Source: an uncultured archaeon
GTDB taxonomy: Archaea; Thermoplasmatota; Thermoplasmata; Thermoplasmatales; Thermoplasmataceae
NCBI GenBank assembly: GCA_000965745.1
Contig: CP009479.1
Location: forward strand, 480,001-544,000
Length of the DNA stretch: 64,000 nt
Reading direction: 5' to 3'
Part shown: in pieces, positions 29,201 through 38,531 of the stretch
Layout: each line of letters starts with the position of its first letter
Position numbering within the stretch: the first letter of the stretch is position 1
Notes under the pieces: model-generated
The model's input: only the letters and a program-made list of their open reading frames with translations
Databases searched by the model: none
What the model was told of the DNA's origin: nothing
Translations under genes and position numbers: made by a program

Positions 29201-30043
29201 GACGCCCTCTGAATAGTAGATTATCGAATTTATACCTGTGTCCATATAAGGTGAGACTGTCGAGGCCGTATCAGGGATGAAGCCATTTCCTGCCCTAAAT
29301 GAAGTATTGTTGAACTGGATGCCACTTTTCTCAAGATGTGGTGCGTTTCCCGCAGCACCTTTGACGCACTCAATGTTGAAAATTGTCAGGTTAGAGTACA
29401 TTCCTCCAATTCTCAAAGATAAGGCTGACCCTGCTGAACCCTTAAACCCTACCTTGACAGGAAATGCGGTTACGTTTTTTCCGGCTTGCTTAAGTGTCAC
29501 GAATGAGAACCCGGGAGTTGACTGATTGAAGGTTGCGGATAGTGTGATCATCTGATTCGGAGCAGGTTCAATGCCAAGGATCTTGCTTTCCGAACTGTTG
29601 ATTAGATGTGTATCAAATGATTTTACCGGGCCGAAAGAGAGATCGAACAGATTGGAAGAGCCACCGTAGAAATTTATGTTATCCTGGGTCACACCATAAT
29701 ACCCGTTTGAATTCCATGTGAAATTCATGTAGAGCGTGTAGGTGGAATAAGATGAGATATTAGCTTCCAGATAACTTGACTGTGCCTGGTCGGTTGTAAG
29801 GATGTCAAGCCCATTTCCGTAAGAGGTGCTTACTACCTGATCCTGAAAATAGCTACCGTTGTGTATAGCCGAAAACGATATCCAGCTCCTGTTTACAGGA
29901 TATGATCCAACCGATAGGTTAGAAAAATTGTACGATAGATTGCCCGAAGTAAGAGACTGCATTTTCATTGCATTGCCGGATTCAACCCCTATTGGTAATA
30001 ATAACAATATGACCAGAATTACAATAAAAATATGTTTTCGCAT
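26273..30043 (-). CDS. Large cell-surface glycoprotein (Ig/PKD-like repeats), TM anchor and cytoplasmic tail
   Basis: Signal peptide; Ser/Thr/Asn-rich beta sequence with dense N-x-S/T sequons; VEWYVDGK PKD-like unit; TM helix; basic ~70 aa tail. Confidence 0.78.
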   Translation of the reverse strand: MRKHIFIVILVILLLLPIGVESGNAMKMQSLTSGNLSYNFSNLSVGSYPVNRSWISFSAIHNGSYFQDQVVSTSYGNGLDILTTDQAQSSYLEANISSYSTYTLYMNFTWNSNGYYGVTQDNINFYGGSSNLFDLSFGPVKSFDTHLINSSESKILGIEPAPNQMITLSATFNQSTPGFSFVTLKQAGKNVTAFPVKVGFKGSAGSALSLRIGGMYSNLTIFNIECVKGAAGNAPHLEKSGIQFNNTSFRAGNGFIPDTASTVSPYMDTGINSIIYYSEGVRIVSFDYYNSSFVNISSEITNLSGGIYSNGSLYYWQSGGSINLVKIGTENLSMKDFHTGIALSGKVGAVISGKRVLFYNTTGSIVEYNISSGSIYKTATLGPGTSVYGFRLLGMNLKDNTLSVTGFSNESRIFLQDKLNFSTLSAISERRTNYSFLTGSLSLVSYGYSLTGLAGMFTVADNLSQSYLETNYGNIYTSPGNRSLSSVLYSTGTYYLILWKNRMYRLSPGGILQGTNIEQQDSGYLVSSNANNSVILSLHGNEITVYYSGSSLPLSNSKIKITGNRTYLARGESYVNLSVESSLQYKISLQVSGLSLTLKNRSSFHFNSTLLPEGADTAYVNATNQAGFSSNETITLEVDNAIPVVSVSIRNGTYISNSTRESFSVNDTIGVKAVHITYLSSNLSFDTGNGSFYIETGNVTGKINIKMNVTDRFGMEFRAHFIYYVVGYNTTSSLSIWNGEFLNSSSVNVSWAPEKNATTYDVMVSSNNSSRNFTTSHDYMILNLGNGDHSVTLFARLLDDKTVKLADANVTVIAFSPSLNITGEPSGEYSFMGNSNENHFITEITSNISAEMQLSLYGPHNMTVYNTSGEDRIVFDSSYFISDLSLNGRYVVKVRATTMSGTWAQSVFTFMVNNTIPGAPETNGTSFYTNSSHAHISLVEKAGMGYSILLTSGAKSELISPENLTSFTLLFGQGIYTLNITAYSKSGNHNFSEVTISYYNATPAISYTIAKNAVGRNYTFLNYSISDEAKVTRIILDVNGINESLNTSNGSELIRFPHNGNYSISLFVSDECGNRNSTGNITVNVSYYIHLASPEIKAYESGSTWHFLITGQGNGISRVHVEWYVDGKKVSTGLSFNQSLTYGVHTISATLTYQGKTIHLSRKIIFVGLIPYIAGPAVAASIVGYRMFGTNRNVEEIRRVVMDNTGRPVREALRQGRRNRIPASRMKSQISKMQREGLLKVEKDPDGHDYIMGQGK

Positions 30044-30191
30044 TTTTTCATTATTTCGTCAAAAAATAAAAGGTTTTCATGGGGAGAATCAGCAGTCTTG
30101 GAATTAATGGAAACCCCACATTTTCAATTACTTTCACATTTTCAACTGCTTGAGATAGCTTTATAACTCCAATCAAAATATGCTCTCGTTC

Positions 30192-31208
30192 ATGATAAAG
30201 GTTGGAATTAATGGCTATGGAACGATCGGGCGTAGGATCGCACATGCAGTGAGCTTGCAACCGGATATGACAGTTATAGGCATAGTTAAAACCAAGCCTG
30301 ACTACATCTCGAGGATAGCCAGCAATACATTCAATATTTTTATTAATGACTTAAAAAACAAGGAGGATTTCAACAACAGGGGAATCAAAGTCAAAGGCAC
30401 ACTTGAAGATCTGGCTGGAGATGTTGACATTATGATAGACTCGACTCCTGAAGGTGTAGGGGAAAAAAATAAGCAACTGTACGATGAAAATAACATAAAA
30501 GCAATATTCCAGGGTGGAGAGAAAAGCACAGTCGGCGAGTCAAGCTTTAATGCGTATTCAAATTTCAATGAGTCTGTGAACAAAAGATTTGTAAGGGTGG
30601 TATCCTGCAATACCACAGGTCTTGCCAGAACGCTTTTCCCGATCTACAACAGGTTTGGCATAAAACATGTTGACGCTACCCTGATCAGGAGAGCAACAGA
30701 CCCCAACGACAGCAAGAAGGGGCCTATAAACTCAATCGAGCCCAGCCTCAAGATTCCGTCTCATCATGCCCCCGATCTTAAGACGGTGATCAACGGAATA
30801 AATATTGACACAGTAGCCATAAAGGTTCCAACCACACTTATGCACGTTCACGTGGTTAAGGCACAGCTAAAAGAGAAGGCATCCAGGGAAGAGGTCGTTG
30901 AAGAGTGGAACAAATACCACAGAGTTCTCAGAGTGTACGGGAAAGAAGGGCTCTCCTCTACTGCCCAGATAATGGATGCGGCAAGGGAGATGCAGTCAAA
31001 CAGATCAGATCTGTATGAAATAGCCCTGTGGGATGAGAGCGTAAGCCTGTCAGGAGACACACTCAGTTATATCCAGGCTGTGCACCAGGAGAGTGATGTC
31101 ATCCCAGAGAATGTTGATGCAATAAGAGCAATGTTTAATCTTGAAGATAAGGAAAAATCAATTGAAATGACAGATAAAAGTCTTGGAATTGGAAGGAGGA
31201 ATATATAA
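30192..31208 (+). CDS. gap: Glyceraldehyde-3-phosphate dehydrogenase, archaeal type II
   Basis: [48 protein letters not shown]. Confidence 0.97.
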   Translation: MIKVGINGYGTIGRRIAHAVSLQPDMTVIGIVKTKPDYISRIASNTFNIFINDLKNKEDFNNRGIKVKGTLEDLAGDVDIMIDSTPEGVGEKNKQLYDENNIKAIFQGGEKSTVGESSFNAYSNFNESVNKRFVRVVSCNTTGLARTLFPIYNRFGIKHVDATLIRRATDPNDSKKGPINSIEPSLKIPSHHAPDLKTVINGINIDTVAIKVPTTLMHVHVVKAQLKEKASREEVVEEWNKYHRVLRVYGKEGLSSTAQIMDAAREMQSNRSDLYEIALWDESVSLSGDTLSYIQAVHQESDVIPENVDAIRAMFNLEDKEKSIEMTDKSLGIGRRNI

Positions 31209-32170
31209 TGGTGGAAAAAGAAGAGAAGAAACTCACGATAGAAGACCTTCCCGGTGTTGGTGAAGCAACTGCTGAGAAGTTAAGAGAGAATGGTTACGAC
31301 GACATAATGAACCTGGCTGTGGCATCCCCAAAGGACCTTTCAGAATTGAGTGGAATAGCTGAAGGTGCTGCAATCAAGATAATAGCTGCTGCCAGAAAAT
31401 CTGCAGACATAGGAAATTTCGAAACCGGCGAGCAGATCCTTCAGAGAAGGAAAGATGTCATGAAGCTCACTACCGGGAGCAAAAACCTGGATGAGCTTTT
31501 GGGCGGGGGATTTGAAACACAGTCAATAACAGAATTTTTCGGTGAATTCGGGTCCGGTAAGACCCAGATAATGCATCAGGCTGCAGTAAATGCCACAATG
31601 TCTGAAGAACAGGGAGGTTTCGACTGCGATGTCCTTATAATCGATTCTGAGAACACATTCAGGCCTGAGAGGATTATCCAGATGTCAAAGGGAAAAGATC
31701 TCGACCCTGATGTTGTCCTGAAGAGGATCCATGTTGCTAGGGCTTACAACTCGCACCACCAGATACTCCTCGCTGAGAAGGCGGGGGACCTGGCGAAGGA
31801 GTTTCCCATAAGGCTCATGATTGTGGATTCCCTGACATCCCATTTCAGATCAGAATACATGGGAAGAGGATCGCTTTCAGAAAGACAACAGCTGCTCAAC
31901 AGGCATATGCACGATCTGCTCAGGTTCGGAACTGTCAACAATGCAGTTATTGCAGTCACAAACCAGGTTTCTGCAAGGCCAGACGTATTTTTTGGAGATC
32001 CTATGGCACCTATCGGGGGAAACATAGTTGGACATACCGCTACTTTCAGGGTTTATTTGAGAAAGGGGAAGGCCGGAAAGAGAATTGCAAGGCTGATAGA
32101 TTCCCCCTATCTTCCTGAGGGAGAGACGGTAATCCAGCTTTCGGAGAACGGCATACTGGACGGAGTGTGA
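31208..32170 (+). CDS. radA: DNA repair and recombination protein RadA
   Basis: HhH LPGVG, FETG polymerisation motif, [26 protein letters not shown]. Confidence 0.97.
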   Translation: MVEKEEKKLTIEDLPGVGEATAEKLRENGYDDIMNLAVASPKDLSELSGIAEGAAIKIIAAARKSADIGNFETGEQILQRRKDVMKLTTGSKNLDELLGGGFETQSITEFFGEFGSGKTQIMHQAAVNATMSEEQGGFDCDVLIIDSENTFRPERIIQMSKGKDLDPDVVLKRIHVARAYNSHHQILLAEKAGDLAKEFPIRLMIVDSLTSHFRSEYMGRGSLSERQQLLNRHMHDLLRFGTVNNAVIAVTNQVSARPDVFFGDPMAPIGGNIVGHTATFRVYLRKGKAGKRIARLIDSPYLPEGETVIQLSENGILDGV

Positions 32171-32276
32171 CCTCCTTCCACCTTTTTACACTGCAATCAG
32201 ATTTTTATATTATCAGACGGCAGGATTGCCAGAAAAAGAAGATTTAACATACCAATTCAGGGTACATGGTTATCCA

Positions 32277-32789
32277 ATGTGGAAATACATTAAAGATGAG
32301 TTTTCCAAACAGCCATCTCAGCTGAAAGTGGTAATGAAGCTGATATCAATCGGCCTTCGTGTCGTAAATTCCGACGGCGAGGTAAAAATATTCTGCGACG
32401 ACATAGAGATAAAGCCAAACAGCCTCGCAAAGGCCCTCAAAGTAGACAGGAGGGTGGTTGTGGAGGTGATGGAGAAAATAGTCAGGGACAGTACACTCGG
32501 CCCGTTTTTCAAAGAACTATTCCCAGTTGCCAACCTCGGAAGGGCAAGCTCAAAAATGGGATTTGGTGTTATCCAGATAGTCCCCGATTCAGCAACCAGG
32601 CCTGCAATAATTTCCGGCGTATCACAGATTATAGCGCGTGAAGGGATCAGCATAAGGCAGGTCATAATGGATGATCCGGAAATAAATGAAGATCCAAGGG
32701 GAATAATAGTCACTGACAGCCCCGTGCCTGCCACACTTCTTCCTGAAATCCGCAGGGTGCCCGGCGTCGAGGCTGTAGTGATACTCTGA
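32277..32789 (+). CDS. ACT-domain regulator of amino acid metabolism (COG2150-like)
   Basis: LAKALKVDRRVV HTH-like segment; C-terminal ACT (ISIRQVIMDDPE). Confidence 0.8.
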   Translation: MWKYIKDEFSKQPSQLKVVMKLISIGLRVVNSDGEVKIFCDDIEIKPNSLAKALKVDRRVVVEVMEKIVRDSTLGPFFKELFPVANLGRASSKMGFGVIQIVPDSATRPAIISGVSQIIAREGISIRQVIMDDPEINEDPRGIIVTDSPVPATLLPEIRRVPGVEAVVIL

Positions 32790-32793
32790 AATC

Positions 32794-33726
32794 TCATAGA
32801 TTCGCTTTCAGGACACGGTAAGCGTTCTTCCAGAAAACATCCTCTGCATGCTCGCCAAGCTTTTCAGCGAGGTTGTTGAGTTTTGACAGGTTCTCGAAAT
32901 CTTTTGGTGTATCAGGGATTCCCAGAAAATCAGTCCCTAGAGAGACGTACTGCCATCCGAATGTATCTCCGATGTAATTTACGTGCTTCACCATGTCTTC
33001 TATGCTAGGGTCGTCGGATAGAGTGGCCCTGATAGCTGTCACCCCTATCGTTCCGTTCTTCTTCACGACCGCCTCAATTGTCTCATCGTCCAGGTTTCGG
33101 GCATGGTCGTGCACACCCTTTGCGTTAGTGTGGGACACAAGAATAGGCTTTGAAGAGACTTCAGCTGCTTGAATGATTGAATTCTTGCTTGCATGAGCCC
33201 CATCTACAACAATTCCGTTCTCGTTGCAGATCTTTATGGCGTCCTCGCCCGATCCGGTAAGCCCGTAATCCTTTCTTGACATGCATGAGGCCGCAAATTT
33301 GTTGTCGTAATTCCAGCAGAGGCCCATTGACCTCATGCCCAATTCCTTCAGCATGTATACGTCGTATGGATCCGTAAGCGCGTCAAGCCCCTCCAGGGCT
33401 ATGAGAAATTTCAGGCCCCCCTTGTCGAGATCTGGCGCACTTCGTACTATGGTTCCAAGATTTGCCCTCTCGAAATAGTGATAAAGTTTGATCTGCTCCA
33501 TCATTATGTGGAATAGTGGTGCAGTCGATGGCTGCTTTGACCCATATTTCTTTGAAAGCATGTCGCTTCTCTCATTCCATGTGCCGACGTGCGGAAACAA
33601 AACCGAGAAAACTGTAGCGTCACCCAGGTCGGCCAGAGCTTTGATGCTTGACTGCTTTGAATCCTCCCGGACGTCTGTGGTCTGGGACGTAAAAGCAAGG
33701 TCTTCGTGCAGATCAATAACTTTCAT
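32794..33726 (-). CDS. Membrane dipeptidase (peptidase M19 family)
   Basis: IDLHED, LEG, DGAHAS, SHTNA, HARNLDD, LGTDF. Confidence 0.9.
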   Translation of the reverse strand: MKVIDLHEDLAFTSQTTDVREDSKQSSIKALADLGDATVFSVLFPHVGTWNERSDMLSKKYGSKQPSTAPLFHIMMEQIKLYHYFERANLGTIVRSAPDLDKGGLKFLIALEGLDALTDPYDVYMLKELGMRSMGLCWNYDNKFAASCMSRKDYGLTGSGEDAIKICNENGIVVDGAHASKNSIIQAAEVSSKPILVSHTNAKGVHDHARNLDDETIEAVVKKNGTIGVTAIRATLSDDPSIEDMVKHVNYIGDTFGWQYVSLGTDFLGIPDTPKDFENLSKLNNLAEKLGEHAEDVFWKNAYRVLKANL

Positions 33727-33816
33727 GTGACCGCAATCGCCTTTTTATCTATAAATGTGAGGCTATGCCTGCATTGCTTCCCTCAATTGATGAATTCTGA
33801 GATGGTCTCATTGTGT

Positions 33817-35001
33817 TTACCCTGATTTACGTCGGTAGATTATGGCAGTAAATACTGCTGCTGCTATAACAACCGGCACTATGACATAGAACACATAGAA
33901 ACTGTTCGGGGGATGAGGTTTGCTGGCTGCCTGATTCACGTATATGGCACTCAGAGTACCCTTGCCGGAGTCTACCACATAGAGGTACCCCTTTTCAGAG
34001 ACGTAGCAGGCACCTGTTGGCCCCGAACTCAGGTTCAGCGTCTCCAGGGCCCTGAATGTTGTAAGATTATAGACTGAAAGCGTTCCCGCCAGCTCGTTTG
34101 TAACAAATAGATAATTCCCGGCATATGATGCCGATATGCTCGAAGGGTAGGCGCCCGTCGTCATATTTCCCTCAATGCCGTAAGTAGCTGCATTAATGGC
34201 GTACACCTGCTGCACCAGAGGAACTGCAGCATAAACTGCGTCTGTCCCTGATTCATAGAAGAGGTCCCCCACCTGTGCCGGGAATGTTATATTTCTAAGG
34301 ATCTTTCCCGTCGTTGCATCCAATACAACGACAGTCCCGTTTTCAAAGTTTGAGGCAAAAACTGTATTGTTTTGAGGATCATAGGCTATCCCTGGAACTG
34401 GATGCCTGTAGGTGCCATTATACAATCCTATGCTCACATTTCCAGACAGTTTCCCTTTCGAGAGATTTATCTTTTCATAGGTGAGGTTCAGCAGGTTCAG
34501 CAGGTAAATTGTGTCGGCATTGCCATTTATGGCCATCCTGCTGGAGAAAACTCCAGTGCTTATGTTCCCGCTGATTCTCAAGGTTTTCCCGTCAATAATG
34601 CTCAGCTTCTGGTTCAGGTTGCTGGCGTAAATATTTCCGTTCATGCTGTCATAAATTACGTCGAACGGCTCTCCACCGACGTGTAGAGTTTTCTTGAGTG
34701 ATAATTTGCTGCTGGAAATCACCGATATGTTTTGGAGCAGATTGGTAACGTAGAGGTCACCGGTGCTGTTGTCGTAAGCGATTCCAGCTTCTCCCTGGCT
34801 TGCAACAAGGTTGCTTTTTGGTACATAATTACCGTTGAAGACCGTACCGTTTCCCAACAATACAGTGTATTTAACGTAGGGGAGAGTGGATGCGGCATCT
34901 GATGTAGTACCCGCAACTGATGCCCCAAGCAGCCCGGGAAGCAACAGGGTTATGATAGCAGCTGCCGCCAGTGTACGTTTGCTGTCCACTAGATAAAACA
35001 C
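33817..35001 (-). CDS. YncE/YVTN beta-propeller surface protein
   Basis: Repeats GIAYD...LYVTN...ISVI; signal peptide; C-terminal TM + RRK. Confidence 0.82.
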   Translation of the reverse strand: MFYLVDSKRTLAAAAIITLLLPGLLGASVAGTTSDAASTLPYVKYTVLLGNGTVFNGNYVPKSNLVASQGEAGIAYDNSTGDLYVTNLLQNISVISSSKLSLKKTLHVGGEPFDVIYDSMNGNIYASNLNQKLSIIDGKTLRISGNISTGVFSSRMAINGNADTIYLLNLLNLTYEKINLSKGKLSGNVSIGLYNGTYRHPVPGIAYDPQNNTVFASNFENGTVVVLDATTGKILRNITFPAQVGDLFYESGTDAVYAAVPLVQQVYAINAATYGIEGNMTTGAYPSSISASYAGNYLFVTNELAGTLSVYNLTTFRALETLNLSSGPTGACYVSEKGYLYVVDSGKGTLSAIYVNQAASKPHPPNSFYVFYVIVPVVIAAAVFTAIIYRRKSG

Positions 35002-35068
35002 AGCAACATGTTAGATATATATTTTGAATTGAAACGCTTTCATGGATCGTTCTTCCAGTGTGCAAGGG

Positions 35069-36160
35069 TCAGATATAATCCTCAAGCATCCCTCTGTAGA
35101 GTATATCTGAAACCGCGTCCAATTTACTCTTCAGGGTCATGTAGTCTTCGGATGTGACATTAACATGGCCGACTTTCCTCTTCCTCCTTACCCCGTTCTT
35201 GCCATACCAGTAGTACCTTGTCCCCTCTATAGACAGGATTTTTCTGATCTGCCATTCGTCCGGCTCTGTGCCTATTATGTTCTGAATGCCGCTTGGCAGG
35301 AAGAGTTCAGGATCGGGTATCGGCATCCCGGATATTGCCCTGATGTGTTGTTCGAACTGTGAAATGGAAGAGCCGTGAAGCGTGTGATGGCCTGTGTTAT
35401 GGACTCTCGGAGCAAATTCATTGATGATGGGCTTCCCTCCTGAAATGTAGAACTCTATTCCCATGACACCAACGTATTCGAGCTTCTGCATAAGGTTGCG
35501 GGCAATTTTCACCATGCCATGGTCCTCTATGGGGGCAGCATTATTGATCAGGATTGCAGATTTGTTCAGGTTAAAGGAGGGGCTGTGCCAGGCAAAATTG
35601 CCGTCTAGGTCTCTAGATGCTATCAGGGAAGCTTCATACTCGTAGTCTATGAACTCCTCTATGACATACTTGCCCTCGGGGATATCCCCTGAATGTGTTT
35701 CTTCCTCCTCGAAAAAGTATTGCCCTTTTCCATCATAGCCTCCGCTCACAGACTTGATGACACATTTCCCGAAGTCCCTCCTTGCATTCCAGAGTTCCTC
35801 GAGATTACCGGCTACCTCATACCGGGCAACGGGAAAGCCATTCTCCCTGAGATATTCCTTTTCAAGGGCCCTGTCCTTCTTCAGTTCCACGGGGAGGATC
35901 GACGGAAAAAGCTTTCCCTTGGACTCAGCATATTCAAGGGCTTCCTGCGAAACATGCTCGAATTCGTATGTAACTACGTCACACTTGTCAACAAATTCCC
36001 TGTAATCCCCAAGTTCAAAGAATCCGTCAGCTATCTTTGATGCGGGTCCGCCACGGTCCCTGTCCAGGACAAAATACCTGTTCTTGAGTTTTCGGCCTTC
36101 GAGTATCATCATCCAGCCAAGCTGGCCTGAGCCCATTATTCCTATGTCCATTGAGATCAC
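35069..36160 (-). CDS. purK: N5-carboxyaminoimidazole ribonucleotide synthase
   Basis: GSGQLGWM, TYEFEHV, GGYDGKGQ, NEFAPRVHNTGH, RKVGH. Confidence 0.96.
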   Translation of the reverse strand: MISMDIGIMGSGQLGWMMILEGRKLKNRYFVLDRDRGGPASKIADGFFELGDYREFVDKCDVVTYEFEHVSQEALEYAESKGKLFPSILPVELKKDRALEKEYLRENGFPVARYEVAGNLEELWNARRDFGKCVIKSVSGGYDGKGQYFFEEEETHSGDIPEGKYVIEEFIDYEYEASLIASRDLDGNFAWHSPSFNLNKSAILINNAAPIEDHGMVKIARNLMQKLEYVGVMGIEFYISGGKPIINEFAPRVHNTGHHTLHGSSISQFEQHIRAISGMPIPDPELFLPSGIQNIIGTEPDEWQIRKILSIEGTRYYWYGKNGVRRKRKVGHVNVTSEDYMTLKSKLDAVSDILYRGMLEDYI

Positions 36161-36181
36161 CCGTTTATCTTTCTGAATCTG

Positions 36182-36661
36182 TCATTCAGTGTCGAGTTTC
36201 TGGTTGAGAACTGAATTCTTCTGATTCTCCATGAATTCAGACACCTTTCTGCGTATCGCCTCATGCTTGATAGAGAGAATTCTCAAGGCGAGTAATGCCG
36301 CATTTTTAGAGTTTCCTATTGCCACTGTAGCAACTGGTATTCCTGATGGCATCTGGACAATCGACAGAAGCGAGTCGATTCCCTTCAGGTTCCTTGTCGG
36401 AACCGGTACGCCGATTACTGGCAGAGTGGTCATTGACGCAGTCATGCCAGGAAGGTGAGCTGCTCCACCAGCTCCTGCTATTATAACCTCAATCCCCCTG
36501 TCTGCGGCTGAGGAGGCGAATTCATACATGAGCTGCGGAGTCCTGTGTGCAGATACAATCCTTGCCTCAACTTCGACACCAAATTCCCTCAGGGTGTTTA
36601 TCGCATCGCTCATATGCTCGTAATCGCTCTTGCTACCCATTATGACTGCAGCCATGGCCAT
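36182..36661 (-). CDS. purE: N5-CAIR mutase
   Basis: [36 protein letters not shown]. Confidence 0.97.
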   Translation of the reverse strand: MAMAAVIMGSKSDYEHMSDAINTLREFGVEVEARIVSAHRTPQLMYEFASSAADRGIEVIIAGAGGAAHLPGMTASMTTLPVIGVPVPTRNLKGIDSLLSIVQMPSGIPVATVAIGNSKNAALLALRILSIKHEAIRRKVSEFMENQKNSVLNQKLDTE

Positions 36662-36764
36662 GTTTTTAGATGCGGTTCGGCTTTAAATGATTGCCGATAA
36701 CCACTTGAATTCAAAAAGGGAAAATTGGAACTACGCCCGAAGAATCGAGGAATTGCATGAAAAA

Positions 36765-37901
36765 TCAGCTTGAAAGGATGTTTTCAATTTCGCCGTTGTA
36801 GAATCCAAGAAATTTGAGCCTGTCCGCAACCTTCTGGTTGTCAAGTTCAAGGGCATACATCCTTTCCTGGTCTGCAGTGAAGGTCTTCATGCCATCCTTT
36901 ATTCTATCTCCGAGCAGCTCAAATACACGTTCTGACAGTTTTCCAAAGTTCTGGCTGGTAAGAATGTCTTCCCCGTCCACAGTCAGTGCGGAGAGCCTTA
37001 CCGGATTGGATCTGAGGGACCTGATGGAGTTGGAGAGAAGAGTGAGGGAGGTCTTTATTGCTTTTCCGTCCACATAGTTCTGGAGTGCAGGGTGTGAATT
37101 TATGTCCACAGTCTCATGCTCGTCCTTGTACTCTATCGCAAAAACTGCCTGTTGCCCGCTCCCTGACAGAACAAACCTCACATCGGACCTGCTTTCCTCG
37201 TCCCTGAATACTGCAATCATCGTTCCATGTGCAAATTCAGCGTTCACGAGTAGGTAACTGTCAAGTTTTTCCCTGTCTATTACGGTCTCCTTCGTGATCC
37301 ACGATGAAGACTGCCTTATCGGGATCCTCATTCCCTTGTACAGTCCCGAAAAATATAGAGGGCCTTCGAGAAGTTCTGTTTCAGCAGTGTTCAGGATAAT
37401 CTCATACTGGATGTTTCCCTGGCACTGCACCTTTCTTACTGCCTTGTATCCGCCGCTCACGTACCTTATGTACATAGCACTTTCTTCAATCGGGACGGGA
37501 TTGTCAAAGAGGAATGTCTCAGCCCCTTTCAGAGCCTTTGTAACGTATGAGGTGTTTGTGGAAGCAATCTCGTCTTCCTTTGAACGGAACTCGGCATTGA
37601 TCTTTTCCTTGTACTGCTCGAGTGCCGTCCTTGCAAACTTTGTAATGGCTTCGTTTGTCTGCTTGAATGGTTCAGAGGGATTTGCTTCGAAGTATTTCCT
37701 CAGGGGTTTTGTGATGTTTCTAAGGAGTTCGTCCACATCTGCTATCTTTTCAGAATGCTTCGTGTTGAGCTCATCCATCTGTTTTGAGGACAAATCCTGC
37801 CTGCTTGAAAACAGAACTGCCTCGTATAGATCCGTTATAACGCCCCGGAATAATGATGCGTTATCCTCTGTTCTTGTCTGAGTGTCAGGGATCATTGCCA
37901 C
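36765..37901 (-). CDS. Hypothetical protein
   Basis: 378 aa clean ORF; helical N-terminus then beta-rich; no motif recognised. Confidence 0.65.
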   Translation of the reverse strand: MAMIPDTQTRTEDNASLFRGVITDLYEAVLFSSRQDLSSKQMDELNTKHSEKIADVDELLRNITKPLRKYFEANPSEPFKQTNEAITKFARTALEQYKEKINAEFRSKEDEIASTNTSYVTKALKGAETFLFDNPVPIEESAMYIRYVSGGYKAVRKVQCQGNIQYEIILNTAETELLEGPLYFSGLYKGMRIPIRQSSSWITKETVIDREKLDSYLLVNAEFAHGTMIAVFRDEESRSDVRFVLSGSGQQAVFAIEYKDEHETVDINSHPALQNYVDGKAIKTSLTLLSNSIRSLRSNPVRLSALTVDGEDILTSQNFGKLSERVFELLGDRIKDGMKTFTADQERMYALELDNQKVADRLKFLGFYNGEIENILSS

Positions 37902-38060
37902 TATAGATCAAACTACTTATTAAGTGCTACTTTCAAAAGGTAAGGGCTGAGACACGATTCCTTGATCGCGCATAATTAATTCTGATTGGCAATTGTTTGT
38001 TTCTTTTCGTAAATATACTTATTAATCCGTAATCTCTCTTATGAAGCCGAGGTTGTAACA

Positions 38061-38528
38061 ATGGAACAGGCAGAAAATGGATTGGATGAGGAAATTGGAA
38101 GTCTTGTTCTCTCCGTTAAGGCGGTCATGCTGCTTTGCGGGAATTCAGTGGAATGCAAAAATGCATTAAGGGAAAGAATAAATACTATGCAGGACGAGGA
38201 AATAAACTCGTTCATAGACATATTCCAGAAACCTCCCAGAGGTATTGTGCCACAGATTTCAATAGCCATAGGCGAGGTTATACTCGCCTCCATACTACTC
38301 TTCGTCGGAGTTGGCATACTCACTCCTGCCCTAATTGGTTTCCAGGGGCCTGATGCTTTTCTGCACTACTTCGTGAGCACACAGATAGCGCTCATAAACG
38401 CGTTCCCGTACTTCCCCTTTGTAATTCTTACAGACTTCATAATAGCAATTGCACTGCTCTCAGCAGCCTTCTATGCCCTGAGGGAGTCTGCAGATCTCTT
38501 TGCAGACGCCGGTTTGAGGTACAGGTGA
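38061..38528 (+). CDS. Hypothetical membrane protein
   Basis: Soluble N-terminus plus two hydrophobic helices; GAGG upstream; 3 nt before the next gene. Confidence 0.65.
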   Translation: MEQAENGLDEEIGSLVLSVKAVMLLCGNSVECKNALRERINTMQDEEINSFIDIFQKPPRGIVPQISIAIGEVILASILLFVGVGILTPALIGFQGPDAFLHYFVSTQIALINAFPYFPFVILTDFIIAIALLSAAFYALRESADLFADAGLRYR

Positions 38529-38531
38529 TTC

